Below, piece by piece: positions 51,545 to 64,000 of a DNA stretch of 64,000 nt (the stretch's first letter is position 1; each line of letters begins with the position of its first letter). The notes under the pieces were generated by a model that was not told where the DNA came from, did no database searches, and worked only from the letters and a program-made list of their open reading frames with translations. The position numbers and the translations under genes were made by a program. Source of the stretch: Gekko japonicus (taxonomy: Eukaryota). Location: the NCBI RefSeq assembly GCF_001447785.1, contig NW_015173763.1:62001-126000 (forward strand), written 5' to 3'.

Positions 51545-52577
51545 GTAGGCTATCTGTGTGGGATAGTTAATTTTGCCAAATATTTACTTGCAGCATTCCA
51601 ATCCAGATACTAGTTTCTTCTTACATTATCATGATCTTACTTAATCTTCTTTATGTGAAAAGACAAAATGGCATAAGCATTTCTTTAAAGATTCTTTCCT
51701 GGCTATATACTTCGCCATGATAGTATTCAGTTTGTAAAAAAAACACCTTAAGTTCATTATCCCATATCATTTGCGTACTGTATGCTGTTCATACTCCCTC
51801 ATACTCCCTCATACTCCTATGAAACCTTTTTGGATGGTTCACTGCTAGTTCAGTAGCTTCTCAGATTTAAATCATGCAACTTTGCTAAACAATGAATAGT
51901 AGAAACAGGGACATAGAGCTGGAAGGGACCTCAGGGGTCATCATCTCCAACCCCTGATTCCACTGTGCATTAATGTCACCCTTTTCTGGGGATAAGTACC
52001 ATTTGAGAAAGAAAGAAAGAAAACAGTATTTTCTTTGTACGCTACTACAGATGTTACAGAAGAAGCATCACATCCAAGCATGAGCTCCCATATCAATAAA
52101 CCAAGCCATGAAGTAGAATTATATTGCAGAATACTTTGAACTCTTCTTGCCTTCATTCAAACCCCAGAGGAGGGGAAGTAGGAGCTACATAATGCTAGCA
52201 ATGTCATAGTCATAGTTTATTATAACAGTCATAGACCAGCAATGTATATGTGTCCACATGCCTCATTGGCATGCTTTTCCTAGCTTGTTCTGGTTGATAA
52301 AACAACTAAGCAGCAAGAAGCTGCTAATGGTTCTGGGAGCCAGTGGGACTCCTTTGCCCTGCCCCCCTCCCTATTGCTACTGGGAACATCTTTGATGCTA
52401 CTCAACTACACAATCAGGCATGCTTTCAACTAGGCAGCTCACTGGGTAGGGGGACCGGCACCACCTCACATACAGCCCTCCCCAAGTGGGAATGTGGTCC
52501 CGAGTTCAAGGGTAGTATATGGAAATAGCAGTGAGTTAGGCTGGTTCTGTTGATGTTGAGAGAAATGATTGTCATTT

Positions 52578-52633
52578 GTTGGTATTTTTGTTGTAAAAAA
52601 CTTGAAAATAAATGTGTTTAAAAAAAAGAAAAA
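52578..52633 (+). mobile_element. Extremely 5'-truncated polyadenylated retro-insertion
   Basis: 17-bp TSD agaaatgattgtcattt at 52561-52577 and 52634-52650; AATAAA and A tail. Confidence 0.8.
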
Positions 52634-52916
52634 AGAAATGATTGTCATTTACAGGCTTAAAGAAAAGCTACCTCCACTTTTGACGGCAATGAGAAAAATA
52701 AATTAGATTTACAAATAAGTATATTAAGGTAACATGAACGGGTTCTTACAGTATTGTGTATTAATCTCAGGTCATGATTTAGCAAGCTCAGCAGATGACT
52801 AGATCCTTTCCCCCTCTTATTAGAATATGTTCTTACGTACGTCTTATGGTCCTTATGAGAAATCATGAAATTATCATCACAGACCCACATGCAATTTATT
52901 CATTTTGAAAATCTAG

Positions 52917-53753
52917 CTCTTGTATGGTCCTGCTCCAATGATGATGGATAACACCCAAGTACCATTGCTCTACAGTATGATCCCAAATGAAATACATCAA
53001 TACATGGGAATTCTCCGATTACTCCTCCATTTCAACTGGACATGGATTGGATTCTTTGCGATGACTGGTGTGAATTTAGAATGGTTCACACAGATGATGT
53101 TTCCAGTCTTCTCCCAGCATGGCATTTGCTTTGCCTTCATGTATTCACAATCCAATATAGGAGGCTATGATTATAAGACAGACTATATGAAAAGATTTTC
53201 AGAATTGTATGAAAAAATGATGGCGAGCACTGCAAATGTAATTCTCTTCAAAGGACAAGCTCGTTGTATGATGGCCTTCAGACTCACACAAAGTAGATAC
53301 AAGATGCCAAAATCAAAAGGTAAAGTCTGGATTGTGGCAGCCCAGATGGAATTAAAAACCTATGACAAGGAAAGAGACCGGAATGTGCAAATGTTCCATG
53401 GCATGATCTCAGTTGCAATTCAGTCCAATGAACTTCAGGGATTCCAACAGTTTTTTAAGAGCAGAAAGCCATCCAATGCGGAAGGAGATAGTTTTCTCAG
53501 GGAGTTCTGGGCATACACATTTCGTTGTGCATTCCCAAATTCTGTTCTGGGCAATGTGAATCAGGTTAACTGCACTGAAAATGAGACACTAGAGGACCTT
53601 CCTGCATATGAAATGAGCATGACTGGCCATAGCTACAGCATCTACAATGCGATCTATGCTGTTGCTTTTGCTTTGCAAGCAATGCAGTCTTCCAAAGCTA
53701 CAACAAAGATGCAAGGAGAGAAAAAGAATCTTAAAAAACATCAACCCTGGCAG
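52917..53753 (+). CDS. V2R gene D exon 3
   Basis: 837 bp, tag|CTC...CAG|gtagtc; frame open. Confidence 0.95.
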
Positions 53754-54103
53754 GTAGTCCATCCCCTTTGTAATCTGGAGAGCCTTATGTTGTCACCGGG
53801 TGAAAGTAATCAAAACACATGTTTACCTTCATCACTGCCTGAAGGAACTTTATTATATGCATAATGCTGGAGATGTGGTTGTTTCCCCACTAGCATTTCA
53901 TCCCTGTAACCTTGGGAATGATGTAGGAATCTCTTATGAAAGAGTTAAAACTCTGTGCCGATTGGAGCCAACACTTCAAATTAGAGGGAAATCTGTTTAA
54001 GCATTGCTATAAAGGATGGATACCTGTGGCTGTTTTGGCACAGTACAAAACACATGGCGGCAGAGAACAAGATCACTTAGTGCTACTGCAGTACGCATCA
54101 GAT

Positions 54104-54473
54104 TAGGGATGGGCTCGGCCAGTCCACAAACCTAATTTCATTATGAACTGGGGTCTGGTTCATGGTTCATTTGCTTGGTCTGTGCAGCACCCATGGACCA
54201 TAATTTTTTTTTTTACAGTCCCTTTGGTTCATTGAGGTGGTCTGTTGGGGCTTTGCAAGGGAGCTCAGGAGGCATTTAAATGCCCCCTGAGCCCACTTCT
54301 GGATAGTGCTGCCACTGCCTTCTGAGCCCACTTCCAGGTTGCACCCATCATGGACCTCACAAAGTATGAAGTTGTTCATAAACCGGGAAGGTCTGTGGAA
54401 GTTTGTGGTTCATAAAATTCTTGAACCATGGACTTCCACGTACCTCCATTTTTCTGGTCTGTGCCCATCACTA
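54104..54473. mobile_element. hAT-like MITE
   Basis: TIRs tagggatgggc / gcccatcacta; TSD catcagat / cacctgat (6/8). Confidence 0.7.
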
Positions 54474-55799
54474 CACCTGATCAGGATCGGACTCTTACAG
54501 TAGTAATTTTTGAACATTGAAGTCTCCCACTAAAATAGAATTGCCTAACATGGGCCATACTTTTATCCACCAAAAATGTGTTTTCATAACAGAAGCTTCA
54601 TTTTTGTGAAACAACAATCCAAAGGAAATAAGAAAATCTCAAGTAACTATTCCAGAAAGTTTATTAATTAAATTGTCTAAGATACTTCATCACATGTATT
54701 GGAGGCAACTTTTTTTAAAAAAGGTAACTTTTTCCTAATCTTCCTTTCTCAATGAGACTTTAGACAGATTGTACAGTGTACGTCAACGCAATCAGAAACA
54801 CAAGAAATCTAATATGCAGTGTGATAGAGCTGTTGGGTATAGAAATCTGGAACACATCATGAAGTACTAGTGATGATATTTATTTTATTTATTTATTTTA
54901 TTCAATTTATACCCTGCCCTCCCCGCAATGATTCATTACACGTACAGAAAATAGTATGTCTTAAGTATTAAATGATACACTGAGAGCAGTAACGCATGTA
55001 GCAAACGGATAATACATACTGTATGAAGTTTACATTCACCACAGCAGCACAACCGAAGGGCAGGAGCTGGGACAGGTCCCAGTCCTCCTGCCCTGCTCAC
55101 AGAGGAAAAGTGGCAGTGGCAAACCTGGCCTCAGTAGGGTGAGCAGGGGGCAGAGGTGCTGGCATAGACATCATTCCTCTTTGGGGGAATTCAACATCCT
55201 TCCATGTTTGGTCTTTTTGTTTTTCTGCAAACCTTGGAGGTCTCCCAGGTTTAAAGAATTTATTAAAAAAAACAAAAAACTTTTCCCTAAAACTACATGG
55301 CCCTGATTCATGGATGTAACTATTCACAGTTGGACCACATTGAACATTACATATATTGATAACCTCAAGGAGGCCAATCTTAACTCCTTTTCCTGCTTTT
55401 TTCATTATTAACGGTCAGCTACCATCTAAATTCCATTATTCATTTATTTATTTTTGTGGGAAATAATTATACCAGCTTCCTATGCTAGTCTCAAATCGTA
55501 TTCCAATCATACTCTAATGAAAACTAGATGCAATAAAATCTCATTACAAATAGGATATGAGAGAAACAGAGAAATGGTGCAGTACTAACTGGTGCTCACA
55601 TACAGCCACTAGAGCTTGCTGAAAGAGTGCTACCATGGATGCCTTTGGAGGCATCATGATCAATGGAGCTGTCTGCATAATGTATGACGTGCAAGATGGG
55701 TGCTAGGAAGTTTTGGTAGGTGGGACTGCCATCCAGAATATCCACTTTTTCCATTAAGGCTTTGCCCTGTGCTTAGAATCCTACCTGTATTGAAACTTT

Positions 55800-57038
55800 C
55801 ATCAGATTGGAGGGAGGTGTCCAGTTGGGTGCCTCAGGGCTCAGTTTTGGGCCTGGTACTTTTCAATATTTTTATCAGTGATCTGGATGAAGGGGTAGAA
55901 GGGCTAATTAAATTTGCTGATGATACCAAATTGGGAGGAGTAGCAAACACCCAAGAAGATAGAGTTAAAATTCAACAAGACCTGAATACTCTGGAGAAGT
56001 GGGCAGTTGCGAACAGGATGGAATTCAACAAAGATAAATGCACAGTATTACATCTGGGCCACAAAAATGTCAAGCACAAATACTGGATGGGGGATACGTT
56101 TCTGGGGAGTAGTGTATGCAACAGAGATCTTGGGGTAAGAGTGGACTGTAAACTAAATATGAGCAGTCAGTGTGATGCGGTAGCAAAAAAGGCAAATTCA
56201 GTCTTGGGATGTATTAAAAGGGCCATAGCATCAAAATCTTAGGAAGTCATAGCCCCTCTGTATACTGCCTTGGTCAGGCTGCACCTTGAGTGCAGTTCTG
56301 GAGGTCTCACTTCAAAAAGGATGTGGGCAAAATCGAGAGGGTGCAGAAGAGAGCGACGAGGATGATCAGGGGTCTGGAGACTGAGCCCTAGAAGGAAAGC
56401 CTAAGGGTCTTGGGAATGCTTAGTTTGGAGAAGAGGATATTGAGGGGGGACATGATTGCTCTCTTTAAATATTTGAAAGGATGTCATTTGGAGGAGGGCA
56501 AGGAGCTGTTCCAGTTGGCAACAGAGGATAGGTCCCAAAGCAACCAGTTTAAATTAAATTAAATGCAGAAAGGTATCGGCTGGATATTAGGGGGGGGGGA
56601 ATTCATGGTCAGAGGGGTTCAACGGGGGAATCAGCTGCCTAAGAACATAAGAACATAAGAGAAGCCAATGTTAGATCAGGCCAATGGCCCATCCAGTCCA
56701 ACTCTCTGTCACACAGTGGCCAAAAATACCATATGATATCAGGAGGTCCAGCAGTGGAGCCAGGACACTAGGAGCCCTCACACTATTGACCCCCCCAAGC
56801 ACCAAAAATACAGAGCATCACTTGCCCCGGAGTTTCTATCTATACTTTGTGGCTAATAGCCACTTATGGACCTCTGCCCCATGCCTAGGGAGGTGGTAAG
56901 CTCCCCTTCACTGGCAGCTTTCAAGAAGAGGCTGGATGAATATTTGTCAGAGATGCCTTAGGCTGGTCCTGCATTGGGCAGGGGGCTGGACTAGATGATC
57001 TGTATGGCCCCTTCCAACTCTATGATTCTATTATTCTA
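55800..57038 (+). mobile_element. CR1 LINE 3' ~1 kb, with a nested antisense CR1-type tail at 56642-56881
   Basis: VPQGSVLG, KFADDTKLGG and NMSSQCD motifs; 3' attctat repeats. The nested insert is flanked by tgccta (56636-56641 and 56882-56887). Confidence 0.92.
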
Positions 57039-57621
57039 TAAGCAAACATTTTAATTTAAGCACTGGGAGTGAAGCAACATATATCCTTCCATACATCCAC
57101 TGCTCTCTCTATCTTTTCTATCCTTATTTGTTCTACTGTTTGTGAGCGGAAAAGTCTCTGAGTGGGCCTCTGTCACCTTTACAACTCAGTGTAGAATAAT
57201 TGTGTGAAATGTTATTTATTTATGGGACAACATCAAAATATATACACTTGTCACAATATGTATCACTCAGCCTCTTGGAATTCACTGCTCATGGCCATAT
57301 TCAAATGTAATCTTTCAATGCCATCTGACAAAAGGGTTTTGGTCTAATCAAAAATACAAGTCTGTTGACTAATCAGATGTAAACTTGCATCCACCAAGTG
57401 AAAAATAATGAATGACATTTCCAGCCCATTAAAAAGCCTACTTAACCACTTATAATCACTAGTTCATNNNNNNNNNNNNNNNNNNNNNNNNNNNNNNNNN
57501 NNNNNNNNNNNNNNNNNNNNNNNNNNNNNNNNNNNNNNNNNNNNNNNNNNNNNNNNNNNNNNNNNNNNNNNNNNNNNNNNNNNNNNNNNNNNNNNNNNNN
57601 NNNNNNCTTTTTTCAATTTAG

Positions 57622-57849
57622 CTCCATCACTTTCTGAGACATGTCTCATTTAACAACAACGTGGGAGACCAGATTTCCTTTGACCAGAATGGAGAGTTGA
57701 TAGCAGGATTTGATGTGATCAACTGGGTAACATTTCCGAACCAATCTTTTGTTCGAGTGAAAGTTGGAAAGATCCATCCCCAGGCTCTTTCAGACCTAAC
57801 ACTTCAGATAGATGAAGAATCCATGGTATGGCACCCCCAATTTAACCAG
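57622..57849 (+). CDS. V2R gene D exon 4
   Basis: 228 bp, tag|CTC...CAG|gtagga. Confidence 0.94.
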
Positions 57850-58009
57850 GTAGGACTGGAAAGCAGCCTTTTAATGAAGTGTGCTAATGCAGAATGAGGG
57901 TGTGTTCAGGGAGGATTTTTTTGTCACTGTTTGGAAATCAGAAACAACAACCTTTGGACTTTCAAGCCATTCTCCACCCCAAGATAAATACTCTGTTCTT
58001 TTTATTTAG

Positions 58010-58136
58010 GTACAGCCTCTTTCTTTATGCAGTAAGAATTGCAATCCTGGGTATAGAATGATAAAGAGGGAAGGGGAGCCATTCTGCTGCTATAATTGTA
58101 GCCTATGTCCAGAAGGGACAATCTCTGATCATCAAG
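58010..58136 (+). CDS. V2R gene D exon 5
   Basis: 127 bp, tag|GTA...CAA G|gtaaga; [42 protein letters not shown]. Confidence 0.94.
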
Positions 58137-58466
58137 GTAAGAGTTGTACAGTACAGAGTAATCAAATGGGTGGGCTGTGGCCTAGATGAATGTGCCTGTA
58201 AGATATAACAAGATATATAAAGAACAGAAAGGGTTTAGGATTAGATGACAAGTTACAGAGAACCCGAAAGATGGTAGCAAACATTGTTGCCCTGTATCAA
58301 GTACAATACTAATTCCCTACAAAAAAGAAAAATCCAAATGTAAATATACATGCAAAAGTGTTTGCAGCTCAATTTACAACCTGTTCAAATAACTGGAAAA
58401 GAGCAATTTTTAAAAGATCATTGATGAAACATCTTATTATTAGTAACCAACTTAGAAACTTATTGA

Positions 58467-59679
58467 ATGAATGAATTTATTATTACAGCGCATAGCCAGC
58501 AATATAAAACCATACATGCAAATATTTATCATATAAATAAATTACAATGTCAAAAGTATCCAGATGGTGAATCTATTAATATAAAACAAGGTTAAATAGA
58601 AATAAAAAAACAGTCCTAACCCAAGTGGCTGCCTGGACGCTGATGAGCTTTTACAACCAAAAAACAAAATTTCGCTATCTGATGTAGCGCTATATGGTCA
58701 GAATTTGAAACCAATTTCTCTATCTTATCCTGATCTGAGGAGCCAACCAAGAGAGGGCCAATACGTTTTGTGCGAGCTTCGTTATATAATGGGCATCTCA
58801 GGAACACATGTTCCTGGGATTCGATCTCCCCAGACGCACACAAACATAGCCTCTCATTTCGGGGAGTTTTCTTGAATTTGCCCTCAAGAACTGCAGAAGG
58901 TAAGGCAGAGCATCTAGCCAGAGTATACGCCCTCCTAAGTTTATTTGACTCCAAAACAGATAAGTATGGGGCTTGAGCAACAATATATTTACTACTGTAT
59001 GGCGCTAAAAAGGCAGGGGTCGCCTGTACATCCAGTTGGAGTTCGATGTCTTTAATCCTCTGCCTGACCATTAGCTTAGCTTGATCGCCACCCCTTTCCA
59101 AAAAGCTCTTGGGGGGAAAACCCTAGTAGCTTAATTTTCCGAATAGTATAGGTCAGCCATTCAGATTGGTAATCGTCAGTCAGGATTAAAGGCACAAGGC
59201 CACATGGATTTAGATTTATCTTTAACCAGAAAAAATAGAGTGCAAGGTGATCTTGGCTTCAACTTTCATCATGCCAGTCTCTAGCCGTACCATTGCATTG
59301 GTGACACACCTTGGAACTTGGAGCACTGATCTCAAAAATTTCGATTGAACCAACTCTAATGGGGCATAACAAGAAGATGACGCTCCAAGTAGCGTCCCAT
59401 AGAGCATCTGGGCTAATGTTTTAGCCTTAAAGAGTTTCAGTGCTGCTGGCATGAAATAGCCCCCTGTAGAGCAAAAAAATTTGAGTATACCTTGGGCGGA
59501 TTTATCACCCGTGCATGCTGCTGCCTGACTATGAGCGAACTTAGAGCCCGAGGCTCGGATAATCATGACAAGGTAGCGATAGTTACCTGTTCAAGATTCT
59601 GGTCATTTACACTCCACTTTCTTAACTTAAGTCTCCTGCCAAAGGCCATCACCTTCGTCTTCTGATAGTTAATAATCAA
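58467..59679 (-). mobile_element. RTE-X-like LINE, 5'-truncated, 15-bp TSD
   Basis: TSD ttagaaacttattga at 58452-58466 and 59680-59694; RRAYTLARCSALPS...ERLCLCASGEIESQEHVFLRCPLY. Confidence 0.8.
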
Positions 59680-59843
59680 TTAGAAACTTATTGATGTTCA
59701 CCCACCATTAAATGCTAGTTATGTGAGAGGAAATATTTTAGCATGTTTGTTTAGTTTATGAATTGATTTATGTTTCTACAGAAGTGAGTTCACAAACAAA
59801 GTAACAAGGTAACCAATCTGCTTGACTTTTCTCCTTTTTGCAG

Positions 59844-60745
59844 ACATGCCTGAATGTTCCCGATGCTCAGCTGGTTATTTTCCAAACAAGAACCAGAATT
59901 ATTGCATTCCCAAGACTGTAATATTCCTGTCTTATCAAGACCCTTTGGGAATTAGTTTTCTACTTACTACTCTGTCCTTTTTTTTCATCACAGTCCTAGT
60001 GCTTGGAGTGTTTATAAAGCACCACAGCACCCCCATTGTGAAAGCCAACAATCGTAACCTCACATACATTCTTCTCATCTCCCTTCTGCTCTGTTTCCTG
60101 TGTCCCTTGCTGTTCATTGGCAAACCTGAGAAAGTAATGTGTCTCCTTCGTCAAACTGTTTTTGGTATCATTTTCTCAACTGCTGTTTCTTCTGTGATAG
60201 CAAAAACCATTACAGTGATAGTGGCTTTCATGGCCACCAAGCCTGGAAGCAGGATGAGGAAATGGGTGGGGACAAGACTGTCCATTTCCATTGTTGTTTT
60301 CTGCTCCTTTATTCAAGTAGGCATTTGTATCATTTGGCTAGTAAACTTCCCCCCATTTACAGACATTGACATGCTTTTAATGATTGAGGAAGCTGTATTA
60401 GAATGTAATGATGGATCTCCTATCATGTTTTACTGTGTCTTGGGCTATATAGACCTCTTGGCTAATGTAAGCTTCATCATCACATTCTTTGCTAGGAAAC
60501 TACCTGACAGTTTCAATGAAGCCAAGTTTATCATTTTCAGCATGCTGATCTTTTGCTCTGTTTGGTTATCCTTTGTTCCGGCCTACCTTAGTATTAAAGG
60601 AAAATATGCGGTGGCTGTGGAGATCTTCTCTATCCTAGCCTCCAGTGCTGGCTTACTAAGCTGTATCTTTTTGCCCAAATGCTACATTATTGTACTGAGA
60701 CCTGAGCTGAATAACAGAGAACAGCTAAGAATTAAAAATCAGTGA
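59844..60745 (+). CDS. V2R gene D exon 6 (7TM)
   Basis: cag|AC ATG; 902 bp; [11 protein letters not shown]; AATAAA at 60791-60796. Confidence 0.96.
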
Positions 60746-62082
60746 AGTTCTATCCACCTCAGTAAATGAGCTATATACTAGTTTCATAACAATAAAATCA
60801 TTCCACAATATTGACACTCATTACCATCACTGTTATTAAGCAACTTCTCACAGCTCAAGATGCTTTCATTTTAACAGTACAAACTTGAAAGGTCACCAGG
60901 CATTTCTGCTTCTGGTGGTTTAAATGCGTGGATATGAAAATTTATATATACTGTTCCTCTGTGGTACTTTGACAGAGAGCAGCCGACAAGGAAAAATATC
61001 AGTGAAGAAGCCACATCCACATCAGTAACTGGGCTCTAAAATAGCTTCATGAAAATGGTTCCTCAGGAATGTAAATATTACCACTTCCATATTGCTCGAA
61101 CTAAAATTAAATCACTGACCTTTCTAAAATAGGATTCTTTTCCCTTTCATGGATACTTAGTGGAGAGGTTGCAATATATTTCTGCTTCCAATAGTTTAAA
61201 TTCACAGATATCTAAATCTATAGACACTGTTCCTCCTTGTTGCCCCTCTCATCATGAATTGTGAATTTATATAAAGTGAATTTCAAAAATCCTTTAGCAG
61301 TGAGACTGGCTGAAATGACCTGTTTCCATAGTCTCCTTGGTAAAATGTTGTAAAGTGATCTTGAATAGCCTTCTTTCCTAGCTTGGGTTATTTCTGTAAG
61401 GGGGATGAAAAATAATGCCAATAGTTATCTTTTTTAAAAAAAGTTCAAGGGCTGCTATATAATTTTATGGCTATATTCATAACCTAAAGACACTGCTATG
61501 CATACTGTATCAAAGTCTAATTTAATGGAAAGTTAATTATGAAGAGTTAGAATTAAATGGCTGTTCTGTTTCTTGTTCATAAGAATGGTTAGCACTAAAA
61601 ATAAAACAAAATAATTTTAAACTCACCCCCATACACACACAAATACAAACAAACATGCATGCAAACACTGGTCAGGAAGCAAAGGAAAGACACAATTCAA
61701 ATAGATCCAGGTGTCATGTTCAGTGAAATAGCAATGCTGAGCATGTGCTTAACATTCTCATTCATCAATCAGATAATTTTTACTGATGATGGTTTAGATT
61801 TGTTGAGTTGTCCAGAAAAAGAAAAAGACCTCCTGATGCCATGATAACTAGGAATGTCCAGTCAGAAATTTGCTAATCCAGATCAGATCCTAAAAAACCA
61901 AATCAGATCCTAAAAAAGCCTCCAGACTATACTATTTTTGACATTTTTGAATGGCCAAAAGACATTCAGTCTGGTGGTTGTACTACCATGTCCTTTGACT
62001 GAATCCACCAGAATATTTCTTCAGATGGAAGGATATCCACTGACAGACCATGTTTTTCTCACCTCCCCCAAGAGCATGGGGT

Positions 62083-63480
62083 TTTATTTATTTTATTTAT
62101 CATTCGATTTCTAGGCCGCCCTCCCCGCAAGTGGGCTCAGGGCAGCTAACATCAGGGCACACATGCGAAATACATAAAAACAAGATAAAAACACGGTTTC
62201 AATAGTACAAAGTAAAGTGCTTCAAGATGGTCACAGATGATAGTCTTCAATTTCAGATGGTATACGAAGGATATTCAGTCAGATCTCCTCAGTGGTATCC
62301 ACACACCATACTGCTGCAGTTCGATCATCACAGGGTCGCTCCCATACCCCACTGTTTCGAAACTCGTTGTTGTCGTGGGTAGTGGCGGCTCCTACTCAAA
62401 AGCCTGGCGGAAGAGCTCCATCTTGCAGGCCCTTAGGAACTGTGCAAGGTCCCACAAGGCCCTGATCTCCTCTGAGAGCTCATTCCACCAGGTAGGAGCT
62501 GCCACTGAAAAGACCTTGGCCTTAGTCACAGCAAGCCTGGCTTCCTTGGGGCCTGGAGTCACCAGCAGATGTTGCATCCCTGACCGTAGTGCCCTTTGGG
62601 GTATATATGAGGAAAGGCGGTCCCTCAGATATGTCAGATCTTGGCCATATAGGGCTTTAAAGGTAAGAACCAGCACCTTGAAGCGAATCCGGTACGCTAT
62701 AGGGAGCCAGTGCAGCACTTTCAGCACAGGACGGATGTGCTCCCACCTGGGGAGACACATCAAAAGCCTGGCTGCAGCATTCGGCACTAGCTGTAGCCCC
62801 ACATAGAGAGCATTACAGTAGTCTAGCCTCAAGGTGACCATCGCATGGATCACTGTGGCCAGGTCATTGTGGTCAAAGAAAGGAACCAACTGCCGCCAGC
62901 CTAAGATGGGAAAAAGCCGAACTGGCAGTGGCTGCAACCTCGGCCTCCATAGTTAGAGAGGAGTCCAAGAGCACTCCCAAACTCCTAACCTCCAACATAG
63001 GCATCAGCAATGTCCCATCGAAGGTCAGGAGAGGGATCCCCAGACCAGCACGACTCAAGCCCAGGACCTCCATCTTTGCCGGGTTTAGCTTCAGCCGGCT
63101 CAGCCTGAGCCAACCAGCCACGGCCTGCAATGCCAAGTGTAGATCTTCTGGGGTGGAGTCCAAATGGCCACCCAGCATCAAATAGAGCTGGTTGTCATCT
63201 GCATATTGGTGACACCCAAGCCCATACCTCTGGGCAATCTGGGCAAGGAGGCGCATATAGATGTTAAACAACATCGGGGAAAGCACTGACCCCTGAGGCA
63301 CCCCGCATTCAAGCGGGTGTCTCTGGGACTGCTGTTCCCCTAGCACCACCCTCTGTCCCCAACCCTGGAGAAAAGAGGCAAGCCATTGAAGGGCAAGCCC
63401 CTGTATCCCCACACTGGCAAGGCGGCAGGTCAGCAACTGGTGGTTGACCATGTCAAACGTGGCCAACAGATCTAACAGAT
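62083..63480 (-). mobile_element. L2 LINE 3' 1.4 kb
   Basis: GVPQGSVLSPMLFNIY, YADDNQLY, RLDYCNALY and LHWLPI motifs; (taaaa)n tail on the minus strand. Confidence 0.92.
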
Positions 63481-64000
63481 TCACTCCTGACCTGGAGAGT
63501 GCTCAGCAAGCACAATTAGCAATGTTCCCTCATAACCTGATTACCCCAAATTAGGTTTTTGCAAATCATTGCACCATCTCACCTTCTTTGGAAGTCCATT
63601 CTGATTCTGAATACACATGGCTCCTGTATGTCATTCTTTGGGACTCTGTTGCCCCCAAGGCATGCTTACAAATGTTTTAAAAGCGGGGGATAGAGATGGA
63701 GACTGGGTTTTATGGTGCATCCCCCACAAACAGCCATGGTGATAGGAAGTCAACCTGCAGTGTCAAGGAGAGGCTCGACTTCTACAGGCTGCAAGGAAAA
63801 CACTGGCATGCAACAGACTGCACAGTGGAAGCACTAATGGCAGAAATTCAAATAATAGACCGCTTGCTTGCTCACCGGACTAAGGATGATGGATTTAAGG
63901 ATATTTCCTATACACATACACACACTGTGATAGAAAAGAGCAAGCATACACAACTACACTTAGGAAACATGGTAGATCAGTGATGTCACAGAAGAGTCAA

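Overview
Squamate genomic DNA, probably a gecko judging by the SINE and MITE families, containing part of a vomeronasal type-2 receptor (V2R/Vmn2r, class C GPCR) cluster. I rebuilt four loci by hand from splice sites. (A) An orphan pseudogene remnant on the minus strand with only exons 5-6 and two in-frame stops; it runs off the left edge. (B) An intact 6-exon gene on minus, 20713->8504, 890 aa. (C) A 6-exon gene on plus, head-to-head with B, 25800->33905, disabled by one TGG>TGA in exon 3 and carrying a duplicated exon-4 splice acceptor. (D) An intact 6-exon gene on plus, 49098->60745, 867 aa. The rest is dense transposon debris: L1, an ORF1-only L1-like (HAL1-type) element, L2, CR1, RTE-X-like, Penelope, Gypsy, a solo LTR, tRNA- and 5S-derived SINEs, hAT and Harbinger MITEs, and a non-autonomous Helitron carrying a nested near-full-length L1. 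Best leads: a shared ~50-bp upstream motif in B, C and D; a possible mosaic (5' versus 3') ancestry of B and C; the ORF1-only element; the Helitron/L1/MITE nest; and a one-ended MITE flanked by a 281-bp duplication. I found no convincing wholly new biological system. Repeat family names come from recall and were not checked against a database. There are four N gaps.
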